Part shown: positions 38,031 to 51,082 of the stretch, piece by piece
How the letters are laid out: each line of letters starts with the position of its first letter
How positions within the stretch are numbered: the stretch's first letter is position 1
Origin: Octopus bimaculoides
Taxonomy: Eukaryota
Assembly (NCBI RefSeq): GCF_001194135.2
Contig: NC_068990.1
Location: forward strand, 64,048,884 to 64,112,883
Direction: 5' to 3'
DNA: 64,000 nt
Notes under the pieces: generated by a model
Seen by the model: only the letters and a program-made list of their open reading frames with translations
Databases searched by the model: none
Told to the model about the DNA's origin: nothing
Program-made: the position numbers and the translations under genes

Positions 38031-38440
38031 ATGTGAAATCGTGTGTTGAATCAGATATTGTTATATCTGGGGATCGTCATATTTTTGCCAATTGTATGCT
38101 TGGACTTCACTTCAGCTTTAGTATTATTCTTCTTTTAGTGTCCTTTGTCTGAAATCTTTCATCATACCTCCTGTGACCTCTTTAGTGACTCTCCATCCTA
38201 CGTGTCTCCTCCTGTTCTGTTTTGTCCATTCTAAGACACGAGATACATGGGATGGAGAGTCACTGAAGAGGTCACAGGATGTGTGACCAAAAATTTCAGA
38301 TGAAGGACAATATAATAAGAATAATAATAAAGCTGAAGTGAAGATCAAGTATACAGTGTGGGTGTTTAATTGGTAAAAAAATATGACCATCCCCAAATAT
38401 AACAGTAATTAATTTATACTTTTCATGTAATATTTCACAT
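38031..38440. repeat. Long imperfect inverted repeat (foldback / MITE-like)
   Basis: Core arms 38140-38208 and 38240-38308 match at 58 of 69 nt; similarity continues outward, with indels, to ATGTGAAAT / ATTTCACAT. Confidence 0.9.
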
Positions 38441-38478
38441 GAAATTAATGCTACAATAATTAAACTCTCTTCATTCAG

Positions 38479-38634
38479 GTGACAACTTTGAACCACAAAT
38501 ATTTCCGAACACACCTTGAAGACAGCCTTTCTTTGGGTCGGCCTCTGCTCATTGAAGATGTCGGCGAAGAACTTGATCCAGCATTAGATAATGTTCTTGA
38601 AAGGAATTTCATTAAATCTGGTTCTACATTCAAA
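38479..38634 (+). CDS. DNAH5/8: Dynein heavy chain exon 12: AAA5
   Basis: tcag|GTGACA...TTCAAA|gtaatg; [52 protein letters not shown]. Confidence 0.95.
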
Positions 38635-38717
38635 GTAATGTTTTTCTCTAATGTTTTTTTTAATTATTTTGTGCTGTGTTGTACATTTGTGTATGCATGT
38701 ATATATGTTTTTGTTAT

Positions 38718-38753
<36 letters not shown>

Positions 38754-40824
38754 ATACACACACACGTGTGTGTGTGTAGTAGAATGCATACAGTTAAGTC
38801 GAAAATCTGTCAGAATCCTTAGGACAGCAAAATGTTTCACAGCATTTTGTCCATTTTTACATTCTGAGTTCAAATGCTTCTGTGATCAATGTTGCCTTTC
38901 ATTCTATAAGATGGCAAACTGGCAGATGCGTTAGCATGCCGGGCAAAATGCTCAGCGGTATTTCATCGACCTTTTTGTTCTGAGTTCAAATTCCACCAAG
39001 GTCAACTTTGCCTTTCATTTTTTTGTGAGTCGATAAAATAAGTACCAGTTGATCACTGAGGTCATTGTAATTGACTTACCTTTTCCTCTGAAATTACTGG
39101 CCTTTTGCCAAAATTTGAAATCAATATAATATATATAGCTGGGTACACTATATACTCTTTCAGGGGAGTAAGATGTGCTTTCTGTCATGGCACTTTCATT
39201 ACATTATTTTATAATTAATTCCACCAAATTGGTGTTGTGTGGTCTCATATGACCAGCATACACACACACACACACATACACACACAAACACTGTGAGACT
39301 GAAGACTTTGTCCTTGAATTAGTTCATACCATATTCCTGGCTGTAACTGCACTACTACTTAATCCATCATTCTTGCCTGCATTTAATGGCAAGTTACATT
39401 TGTAGGGAATGTAACTTCAAGTTTCCCTACAAGTTACATTTGTAGGGAAAGCATTTTTTCTTATGTCATGGTCAAGAAATGAAGAAGATATTGCAAGCGT
39501 GAGGTGCTTCCATATTGTTGTGATTGACCATTTGTAGTGTATTCTAATGACTACTGGAAATCAGAAAGATTGTACAGCTGAGCTCTTGATAAATGATTAA
39601 GTTCAATAGGTATCAAAGACCACAAACTGATACAACTATGGCTTGTAATTATATTACACACCTGAAAACTGTTGGACAATAGCACTATAGTTGTTAATCT
39701 TTCACATTTCAAATTCTAAAAGCAAAGTATTTTCTGTAACTTATCATTGGAATGGAAAAAAAAAAATTAAGAGATAGAGAGAGGCAAGAAAACTTTTGCT
39801 AACTGGAAACATATTGTTTTAGTAAGAGAGATATGAAATAAAGTTTAATGTAATGACACTTTCTCCTCAATTTTAATGGAAATAACATTTTTATATTCAA
39901 TAATTTTAGCTGATTTTATTGGTAATGAACTTTCATACATCAAAATCTGTAATGTCTCCCTAGAAGGTCATACATTCTAATTGAAAACCTTTCACCTGGA
40001 AAACTATGTCTCTACATTATTCTGGGTTATAGTATTTCTCTTGTTAGATGTATATCATCATCATCGTCATTGTCATCATCAGTAGCAGCAATAGTATTAT
40101 TTGTGTTGTTATTGTTTTTATTATTATTCTTGATTTTTGAATGCTATAGTTTAAATTTTTTTTTCGATTGAAACTGCCATTCCAAAAGAAAATGTCCTCT
40201 CTTTAATAATAATGGTTTCTTTCATAGACATAAAGTTTAAAATTTTAGAGAAGGGTTAAAAAAAAATGATACATTATGGTGATTTTCCCAGCATGGTGTG
40301 GTGGGGGTATAAAATCTAAATGAAATGAAATGGTGAGGAATCTAAGACAGATTGTAGATTGAGTACACCAAAAAACTTATTGCTGTGCTATATTGTAGGA
40401 CTTCATAATAAAAATAATAAATGGACAACATTTATATATAGAATATTTTACTTGGAGATGCAATCTGTATGAAAAGTAATGGTTTAGCTGAGTTAATATA
40501 CTCACTGCAGGGTGCATACAAAGTTAATTGAAAATAATTACTTGGTGAAGAAACTATGAATTTTAGCTATTGACTGATAGTAATTTAATTATTTCCCGAA
40601 GACAACTCCAGTCATATTATGACCTTGTCTAGTTAATGCTTTGTTGCTCCCTCATTAGCTTAACTGCTGTGTTTCATGCTGAATAAATTTTTCTACAAAT
40701 AATTTGTGTCTTCTGCACCAACACTTAGTGAAATTTCCAGCAAGTACATTGTGGTCTATACTTTGCTGATAATATCATAATAATAGCAAAACATGGTCTC
40801 CCATATTTTCAGCAATAAATAAAA

Positions 40825-42094
40825 TACAAGGGTTGACTTAAAAGTTCATAGGCTAACTATGAAGGAGTGATGCTAGAGCTGTGAAATCTTACTTGCATTA
40901 ATTTAAACTCTTATTAATAACTACATAGTCTTTTCCCAGGTAAACTGACATCTGACTGTTCAAAGCAGACTTCAGAAGAAACTAGTAGCAACTTCTCTTG
41001 ACAATGGACAAAATTTGGTATTGCAGAAAAACGGTTTAACCCCTAAGGACATTCATGCTGACATATTTGCTGCATTTGGAGATGATGCTCCCACTTTATC
41101 AATAGTGCAAAAGTGGGAAGCTGAATTTAGGGAGAAGCAAGAATCTTGAAGATGGCCCTATATCTGGATTCCAGCAACTGCCACCATCTACAAAAACGTT
41201 GATCATGTTCCTCACATAGTGATGAATGACAAGCAATTGACTATAAGCCAAATAGACAATGCTATTAGCATATCCCATGAGAGTTGAGAATATTTTGCTC
41301 AATGAGCCTGGAATCATGAAGGTTTCTGCTTGGTGGGTGCAATGACTTCTGAAACCTATTCAAAAGTGCACCCACATCATGGGAAAATCTGACACTGTCT
41401 GAGGCAGATCCACCTGGTTCCCTTGAATATTTCCTAACCCACGATGAATGTTGGGTTCATCACTTTGAGCCAGAGACTAAGACAATCCATGTAGTGGAAA
41501 CACCCCACCTCACCTTCTCCAAAGAAGGCCAAGGTTGTTTCATCTGCATGGAAGGTGATGGCCTCAGTTTTTGGGGATGCAAATGGCAATTGTGTTCATT
41601 GACTATCTTCAAAATGGTCATACCATCAATGCAGAGTACTTTGCTAAGTTTCTGAGGTAGTTACAAAAGGCCATCCAGACCAAATGCTCAGGAAAACTGA
41701 CAAAAGGGATCTTGTTTCATCAGGACTTCTGTACTCCAGCATACAAGCCCTTAGTTTGTACATGATTGTGGCTGCACATGATTGTGGCTTTGAACTGGTT
41801 TATCACCCTCTCTATTCTCCTGACTTGTTCCCATTTTACTACCATCTGTTCCCCAACATGAAAAAACACTTGGCTGGGAACCAGTATTGCAGTGATGATA
41901 ACATCTTACCTGCTGTTGATGACTTTTTCCCCAACAGGATGAAAGCTTCTTCACCAATCAGATCCAAGTACTGCAACGCCAATGGAAGAAGTGCATGGGC
42001 CACAAGGGGGACTATGTTGAAAAATAAACTTCATTTGGTCATATTCCATCAGAGTATTTTGGTCAGCCTATGAGCTTTTCAGCTGACGCCCATA
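40825..42094 (+). mobile_element. Near full-length, inactive mariner transposon
   Basis: TIR-like ends AAAAGTTCATAGGCTAAC and GTCAGCCTATGAGCTTTT; remnants THDECWVHHFEPETK, KVMASVF, HPLYSPDL, PNMKKHLAG with stops and frameshifts. Confidence 0.9.
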
Positions 42095-44589
42095 TCAGTT
42101 TTGTTTTACTCACAATATAACTATTTCTATTTAGATTTTTAATGACTTCCAGTTAACACTAACCCTAAATTAACTTATAGAAATTTTTTTATCAGGGTGG
42201 TTATAATGCTTGACTACTCACAGATTATAAAATCAAATTCGACTTTGTTTTTAAAGGTAACATATTCTATTTAACTCAATCAAATCTGTTTGAGAAAATA
42301 AAAGCCTTCACTTTCATATTAAAATTCATTTTACTATTTGGAAGCAGCTGCTATGAAGAATAGTTGCTCTTTCATTTCAAATAAAAGTTTGCTGAATCAT
42401 CAGATTGAAAAACTTGGGTGAGAAAATGTTTTTAAAAAATTAAATAAAACAAGGAAATTTGGCTTGGTTCTATGGAAATTTTAAAATATCCATAAATATT
42501 ATATATACTGCATCATATGATAAATGCTTTCTTTTATGTATTTACTTTTTGTTTCAATTTAAAACAATTTTACTATGTTTTCTATAGAATAACTTAGAAC
42601 AATTGATTATACTTCTTTCTAGAAATTGGCTGGCATGGTGACAAATTTTCGTAGAATATTTTCTTATAGAAAGCACTTATATTTTTTTTTTCTTTCTTTC
42701 TCTATGATGATACTTCTCACAAAATAGAAATTATTTGAAGATAAATGGTTACAAAATATGATATGTGAAAAGAAAGCAAATACAGAGTGTTTGATATTAA
42801 TTATTTTTGGGGTTTTTTTTTTTTATAAGTGGAAGATTTAGTTATTGATTTTGACTGAAAGAAAATTGTGTAAGTTGGCAAAATGTTTAAGACTGAGACT
42901 CTTGTATCTAGCCAAGAGTTAAATTATTGCAGCATTGATTGCATTAGATTTTTATCTGTTGTCATATATAATAGACATCAATCAAATTTCTGAAGAAATT
43001 CTGCAATGCTCAGATCATAAGATGTTATCATTTCAGCTCAGACCTTTAGCTTCTTTCTTATAATGGAACAGAAACTGAAGATCTGTTGGATATTAATTCA
43101 TTAAATTATTTACAATAATAATCTGTGTTAAAATGAGTTATTTAATGGTTGTAGATTGAGATGCAGTCTTAAAAAGAGATGTAAGAAATACCATTACTTT
43201 CACTAATAAGACACTTTATTTTATACTAACAAAAACACACTTTTAGCTTCCTAAGTACAGTCGTTATCAACATACAGATTTCAATTAGAGACTGTCTTTC
43301 AATAATTCCTATAAAATTTCTCCCATTGAAGCGCTGTAAGAGTTTCTACCTGTCTGGAAGTGAGTTATTAAAGTCATAATAACTATTAAATTTGAAGCCA
43401 CAATAATAGTGACAGTAGTGGTGATGACAGTGGTGGTGGTGACAGTTATGGTGGTGGTGGTGGTGATGGTGGCAGACCATCTTGATATCTGTTAAGTTAA
43501 ATGGCAAGATCATTGATCTGTGATAACTCTGTGATTGGTATTATTATGAATCTTTCAAAATAATATATAGTTTCTACTTCAATAAACTTAAGTGAAAAAA
43601 CTGTAAGTACAATGACTGTTGAATGATAAGGTAGTGGCCAATGAGAGAATAATGGTTTTTAATTTAGGCCAGTCATTTTTTGGAGAGGAAGAAATTAGTC
43701 AATACCGTTGATTCTAATTCTTCATTGGTACATTATTTTTATCAGCCCTGAAAGAATGAAAGCAAAGTTGACCATGACAATATTTTGATCTCAGATTGTA
43801 AAGCACTGAAACAAATATCACACTACTCAAACAACTCTGCCGGCTTACAACATTGAGCAAAATTTTATCCAATGTTAATGCTTATAGAAACTTTCAAGGT
43901 ATACATATATATATTGTGTGGGGGTGGGTGAGGCGAATAGTTATAAAAGTATTAATAAAATTAAAAGAACTGTTAATCCTATGACTTTTTATTATGTCAC
44001 AGAAAAAAAGTAATCTGTAATATTTGAGCACACTAAGTAGAACATTATAACATTACACCCTTCTAATGTTGTCACTGAAGAAATTCTAAAATGTCCTTAT
44101 TGCAAAGTTGTTGATTATTTTTGGCTTGTACACTTTGAGCTTGCATTTCATTACTTGAACAAGAGATTTCTGTAATTAAATCCTGTAAAAATATTTCAAT
44201 CCTTCAGAAACCAAACCAGACAAGACTTTGCTTAATCGTTAAAAGACAGCAGGTCACCTTTAAGCCAGAACCTCATGCTTCCAGCTCATTCAAAGATTTA
44301 TTAGTTATTAACTCAAAACAAGACTACATAAAATTGAACAAAAAAATCTGATTTAGGTTTTGTTCAGAATGTGTCAATCTAACTTTAATCCAGCTATTTA
44401 AATTTTCAAAACTGTAAAACTGTTTTAGTTCATTCAAAAACCCTTGTTGTTTAATTAATTTCTTTGACTTGCTTTTTTCTTTTTCCTTTTCTATTTTTGT
44501 GGGCACCTTCTTGCTTACATGAATAAAAAAAACATGGTGATTAAAGAGCTGATTTCTAAATAAATCCAACTGTGTTTATAAAATTACAG

Positions 44590-44772
44590 GTAAAAGTTGG
44601 TGATAAGGAGATTGATATAACAAAGGGCTTCCGTATCTACATTACTACAAAGTTACCAAACCCTGCATACACTCCTGAAATTTCAGCCCGCACATCTATA
44701 ATTGACTTCACAGTCACCATCAAGGGCTTAGAAGACCAACTCCTTGGAATTGTTATTCTGAAAGAAAAACAG
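44590..44772 (+). CDS. DNAH5/8: Dynein heavy chain exon 13: AAA5
   Basis: acag|GTAAAA...AAACAG|gtaaga; [61 protein letters not shown]. Confidence 0.95.
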
Positions 44773-46168
44773 GTAAGAATTACATACACACACATATACT
44801 CAAATGCGCAAACACACATACACACACGCTCAAACACTCATATAATTATGATTTTAATTTTACTGACCATACATGCACTTCCTATTTCATCTCATATCCA
44901 CATTGTACCTGGACCTCATGTCTCTTTCCTCTCTCTCTTTCTTTCTCTCTCTCACATTCAGCTGGGCAAGCCATGTATACACCCCTTCAGCAAGACATCT
45001 GCTTCTCTTCCTTTATTATAGTTTCTTTCTCCAGTCTATAGCTCACTCAGCTGAGGGGTCTTATCTTGTGGGTACTTGGTGACCTCACTGGTGCTGGTGC
45101 CACATAAAAAGCACCCAATACACTCTGTAAAGTGGTTGGCATTAGGAAAGGCATCCAGCTGTAGAAACCATGTCAAAGCAGACATAGAACCTGGTGGAGA
45201 CCTCTGATTCATCTTTCTTGTGAAACTGTCCAACCCATACCAGTGTAGAAAAAGGGACGTTAAATGATGATGATGATGGCATGCACATAAAGTGTTGAAA
45301 GTGTACTTGATTCCCAGTATATCACTGCTATTTATTTTACTGTACTTTACAGACTATTCATTTTACTAAACCTAGAGAATGGACAAAAATTTAGTAAATT
45401 CAGGAACATACTGTTCAGTTGACCTCTGTACACTATGCTCTGCCTAACTGACCTCTAAGTCTTACATTCTTACATTTTGATGTCTACAAGGCAGTTACAA
45501 GTTAGAGTATGACTATGCAAAACACTCAGACTGTAGCATATTCATTTGTTAGTAAGTGATTATTACTTTCATAACAAGTATATTAATGATATATTATTGG
45601 TTAAAAATCGTTAGATATCAGTCTCATAAAGATTCATTAAGTGTATCAGATAAATTCCAGAAAAGGTATTTCTTTTTCACCTATGAATGACAATAATCAG
45701 AATAACTATAAAATGACTACTGAATTGATATTCTATCATCTGGCTTAGAAATAATTTCTACTTTAGAAATTATAATTCAATAAGTCTAGATAGAAGAATG
45801 AGATATAACATAAATTTCCTGAAGACTTCTGTAGTCTAAGAATTAAAAACCATCAAACTTAAGATAGTGTTAAAAGAAAATATACATCATCATCATTATC
45901 ATCATCATCATCACCACCAGCATCAGCAGCATTGTTTCAATGTCCACTTTTCCATGGTTGTTGAATGGAAAAGAATTTGTTGATGCAGATTCTCTGTAAT
46001 TGAACACCTTTCCTGTCACCAACCCTCACCTGTTTCCCAGTAAAGTAATATTTCCCCATGTGACCCAGACATGGCAGATTGGAAATGAGGACTGTTTGCA
46101 TGACAGTGCACTTATTTACAACTATCACATGATATCATGGCAAAGAGACACAAATACACACATTTATA

Positions 46169-46232
<64 letters not shown>

Positions 46233-46849
46233 TATATATATATATATATATCTGTAAAAATATGTGACACTTATTNNNNNNNNNNNNNNNNNNNNNNNNN
46301 NNNNNNNNNNNNNNNNNNNNNNNNNNNNNNNNNNNNNNNNNNNNNNNNNNNNNNNNNNNNNNNNNNNNNNNNNNNNNNNNNNNNNNNNNNNNNNNNNNNN
46401 NNNNNNNNNNNNNNNNNNNNNNNNNNNNNNNNNNNNNNNNNNNNNNNNNNNNNNNNNNNNNNNNNNNNNNNNNNNNNNNNNNNNNNNNNNNNNNNNNNNN
46501 NNNNNNNNNNNNNNNNNNNNNNNNNNNNNNNNNNNNNNNNNNNNNNNNNNNNNNNNNNNNNNNNNNNNNNNNNNNNNNNNNNNNNNNNNNNNNNNNNNNN
46601 NNNNNNNNNNNNNNNNNNNNNNNNNNNNNNNNNNNNNNNNNNNNNNNNNNNNNNNNNNNNNNNNNNNNNNNNNNNNNNNNNNNNNNNNNNNNNNNNNNNN
46701 NNNNNNNNNNNNNNNNNNNNNNNNNNNNNNNNNNATATATATATGTATATATACATATATATATATATGTATATATACATATATATATATATGTATATAT
46801 ACATATATATATATATGATATGTATATATACATAATATATATATATATT

Positions 46850-48769
46850 GCAGGAGAAATACCTAGCCAAAGATAAATCTCTGTACCTAGCTTTCAATGA
46901 CATGGAGAAAGCCTTTGACAGGGACCCCTGATTCCTTATTTGGTGGTCAATGAGGAAACTAGAGATAGATGAATGGTTAGTGAGAGCTGTACAAACCATG
47001 TATAGGGATGCTGTCAGTAAGGTGAGGGTTGGCAACAAGTACAGTGAAGAATTCTGGGTAGAGGTAGGGGTCCACCAAGGATCAGTCCTCAGCCCCCTCT
47101 TATTCATCATATTTCTCCAGGCAAGAACAGAGGAATTCAAGACAGGATGTCCCTGGGAGCTTCTCTTTGCTGATGACCTTGCTCTAAGAGCTGAGTCACT
47201 ATCAGAACTAGAGAAGTTTCAGGTGTGGCAGCAAGGTCTAGAATCGAAGGGCCTTAGAGTCAACCTAGCAAAAACCAAAGTCTTAATAAGTAGGAAAGCA
47301 CACAAATCACAAATTCCTTCAAGTAGATGGCACTGCTCGATCTGTAGAAAAGGCATAGGTAGAAACTGCATAAGATGTACCTAGTGTAAGCTTTGGACAC
47401 ATAAGAGGTGCAACAAGGCTAACTGGGAAGATAGTTTTTGTGTGTGGCAAATGCTCAGGAACAATAAACACTGAAAATATGCAGAAAACAGCTTCTGTCA
47501 CATGCCAGGGAGAAAAACTACAAGGAGTTGATAGTTTCCATTACCTAGGTGACCAGGTCAGTAGCAGGGATGGATGCTCTGAAAGTGTACCTGCTAGAAT
47601 AGCACTAGCCTGGGCAAAGTTCAGAGAGTTCCTAACTCTGCTGATGACAAAGGGCCTCTCGCTCAGAGTAAAAGGTAGACTGTATGATGCATGTGTGCAA
47701 ACAACCATGCTACATGGCAGTGAAACATGGGCTGTGACTGCTGAGGACATGCGTAAGCTTGCAAGGAATGAAGCCAGTATGCTCTGCTAGATGTGTAATG
47801 TTAGTGTGCATACACAACAGAGTGTAAGCACCCTGAGAGAAAAGTTGGACATAAGAAGCATCAGATGTGGTGTGCAAGAGAGACAGCTGCACTGGTATGG
47901 TTATGTGTTGTGAATGGATGAGGACAGCTGTGTGAAAAAGTGTCACACCCTAGCAGTAGAGGGAACCTGTGGAAGAAGTAGACCCAGGAAGACCTGGGAT
48001 GAGGTGGTGATGCATGACCTTCAAACATGGGGCCTCACCGAGGCAATGACAAGCGACCAAGACCTTTGGAGATATACTGTGCTTGAGAAGACCCAACAAG
48101 CCAAGTGAGACCAAGCCCGTGGCCTATGCCAGTGGGTGTAACCAGCTCATACACTGGACAATAAACTTTGCTTCCAAAGACCTATTGATCATCTGTGGCA
48201 TGCTGTGCTTGAGAAGACCTGGCAAGCCAAGTGAAACTGTAACTGTGGCTTATGCCAGTGCAGCATTACCAGCCGATTTAAGAGTACCCTTCAATCATTG
48301 GGCAATAAACTGCGCTTGTGAAGACCTGTTGAGGCAAGTGAAATCATTGTCATGGCCAATGACAGTACCACCTGATTGGCACCCATGCCAGTGGCATGTT
48401 AAAAGCACCATTTGAGTGTGATTGTTGCCAGTACTGCCTGACTGGCTCCCATGCCAGTAGCACGTAAAAAGCACCATTCAAGCATGGTTGATGCCAATGC
48501 CGCCTGACTGGTTCCCGTGCCAGTGGCACATGAAAAGCACCATTCAAGCATGATCAATGCTAATACTGCCTGGCTGGCCCTTGTGCTGGTGGCACGTAAA
48601 AAGCACCCACTACACTCTTGAAGTGGTTGGCATTAGGAAGGGCATGCAGCTGTAGAAACTTTGCCAGATCGGATTGGAGCCTGGTACAGCCTTCTGGCTT
48701 GTCAAACCGTCCAACCCATGCCAGCATGGAAAGCGGACGTTAAACGATGATGATGATAATGATGATGAT
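46850..48769 (+). mobile_element. 5'-truncated RTE-clade LINE: RT with PHD-type insertion, 3'UTR repeats, (GAT)n tail
   Basis: LAFNDMEKAFD, GVHQGSVLSPLLF, LFADDL, NLAKTKVL, VDSFHYLGD, LHGSETW, GRSRPRKTW; internal stops and frameshifts. Confidence 0.93.
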
Positions 48770-48979
48770 ATATAAATACAAAGCGAATGTGCACAAAGTA
48801 CAATCATTGCTAGAAATAGCAGCGGGTAAGTTATCGGTGTTATGTAGCGCTTCACTGACACTTGCTCCAAGTTCTGTGCTGCAGGACTGAATCTAAATCA
48901 CACAGTTGAGAAGAACTGCAAAATGAAAATAAAATACAGACTAAAGAATAAATTGGTGAAGGTATATCAATGATAGCTT

Positions 48980-49405
48980 TTATCATTTACTTGTTTCATT
49001 CATTAGACTATGGCCATGCTGGGGCACCACCTTGTAGAAGTTTTAGTCAAATGAATTGAGTCCGGTACTCATCCTTTTTGCTAAGCCTGGTACTTATTCT
49101 ATCGGTCACTACTGCTGAACTACGAAGTTACAGGTATGTAAGCAAAACCGATAGCAGTTGTTAAACAGTGATGGGGGACAAGCACAGACACAAAGACACA
49201 CAAGTACACACACACACACACACACATATATAAAGATATGACAGGCATCTTTCAGATTTTGTCTACCAAATCCACTCACAAAGACTTTGGTTGGCCTGAG
49301 GCTATAGTAGAAGACACTTGCCTTAGGTACCATGTAGTGGGACTAGACAACGAGCCATGTTATTGGGAATTAAGTTTCTTATCACACAATCATGCTTGTG
49401 CCTAT
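48980..49405 (-). mobile_element. Family C SINE
   Basis: Same motifs as 22590-22987. Confidence 0.8.
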
Positions 49406-49971
49406 ATCTAATTTTCATGACACAGATTAGAAAAATTATATATCTTTATATCTTCAATACGACAATGTCAATGAAATTTAACAAATATTGACACTCACTT
49501 TTGATGATTTTGTATTTACATTTTGAATAACAACTATTTATTCATTTTTTCTTTATCAGGCAATGGAAGCAATAAAACTATTAAAGCAATTAATGTCTGT
49601 TGGCTTCCTTATCAAGACAATACAGTTTTTGTTTCCTTTCAATTATTCTTAATGAACTTTTGCAACACGAACACTAGAAAGTTATATAGGTCATTCAAGA
49701 AGATGTTGTCTAGAGGGTTTATAAATGGTAACATAGGATTAATTATAGTTTCCTATATTGTTTTTTTGACAGACAGTGCATCTTAATTATTTCAACAATT
49801 TACACAAAAGGTTAACTTAATTTTTGTTTTCAGTTTACAGATTTTTTCTTTTAATTGGCTTCAAGAAAAATGTTTACAAATTTGAAAGCAAACTACTTCA
49901 AAAAATAATGACAACAACAATAATAATTATAACAACAACACAACAACAACAACAACAACAACAATACTAAT

Positions 49972-51049
49972 AATAATCTTTTCTACTATAGACACAGGGC
50001 CTGAAATTTAGTGGGAGGGGGGCTAGTCGATTACATCAACCGCAGTACTTGACTGGTACTTATTTTATCAACCCCGAAGGCATGAAAGGCATAGTCGACT
50101 TTGGCATAATTTGAACTTAAAACCTGAGAACGAACAAAATATCACTAATCATTTTGTCTGGTGTGCTAACAATTCTGCCAGCTCGCCATCTTGAATATTA
50201 TCAATGATGATGATGATGATGGTGCTAATAATAATAATGAGGATTTCAAAATTTGGCTCAAGGCCAACAATTTTGTGGGAGGGGATAAGTCAATTACATC
50301 AACCCCAGTGTTCAACTAGTACTTTATTGACCCCAGAAGGATGAAAGGCAAAGTTGACAACAGCCGAATTTGAACACAAAGATGGACAAAATGTCACTAA
50401 GCATTTTGCCCAGCATGCTAACAATTCTGCCAGCTCATTGCTTTAATAATAATAATAACAAGAGCACTCAAAGAGTGGAAATCTCTGCCAAGGCAACACC
50501 AACATCCTCTCAACGATTAGCCAGAGATGATTTTTTAAATGAGAATATCTGAAATAAACTAAACTGCTTTCACAAATGAAACTACTAAAAATGAACCCAA
50601 CTGCTCTCAAAAATTAAGTTAAAAAGGCCAGAAAAAATAATCCAGAATCCTTATCCGGTACTGGATCGATCCCAAAATTGAATCAGGTCATGCCAGTCAC
50701 GAGACCAAACATCTCTGAAAGTTTCGAATCCATTCAGCTGTTCTTGAGATATCTTGTCCATGGACAAACAAACAAACAAACAAACATGACTAAAAACAAC
50801 ACCTTCACCTTCGCTAAGGCAGAGGTAATGATAATGGTATCAAATTTTGCCACAAGGGCAGCCATTTTGAAGGAGTGTATAAGTTGATTACATCAACTCA
50901 AGTGTTTCACTGGTACTTAATTTATCAACCCTGAAAGGATGAAAGGCAAAGTCGACCTCAACAGAATTTGAACTCAGAATGTAGCAATGGGCGAAATACC
51001 ACTCAGCATTTCGTGCAGCATGCTAACGATTCTGCCAGCTCGTCACTTA

Positions 51050-51082
<33 letters not shown>

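Noticed and set aside
24939-38478. Nested host gene in the 13.5-kb intron
   Set aside because: All interpretable ORFs are TE remnants or repeats; I found no exon chain on either strand. A short or non-coding gene cannot be excluded.
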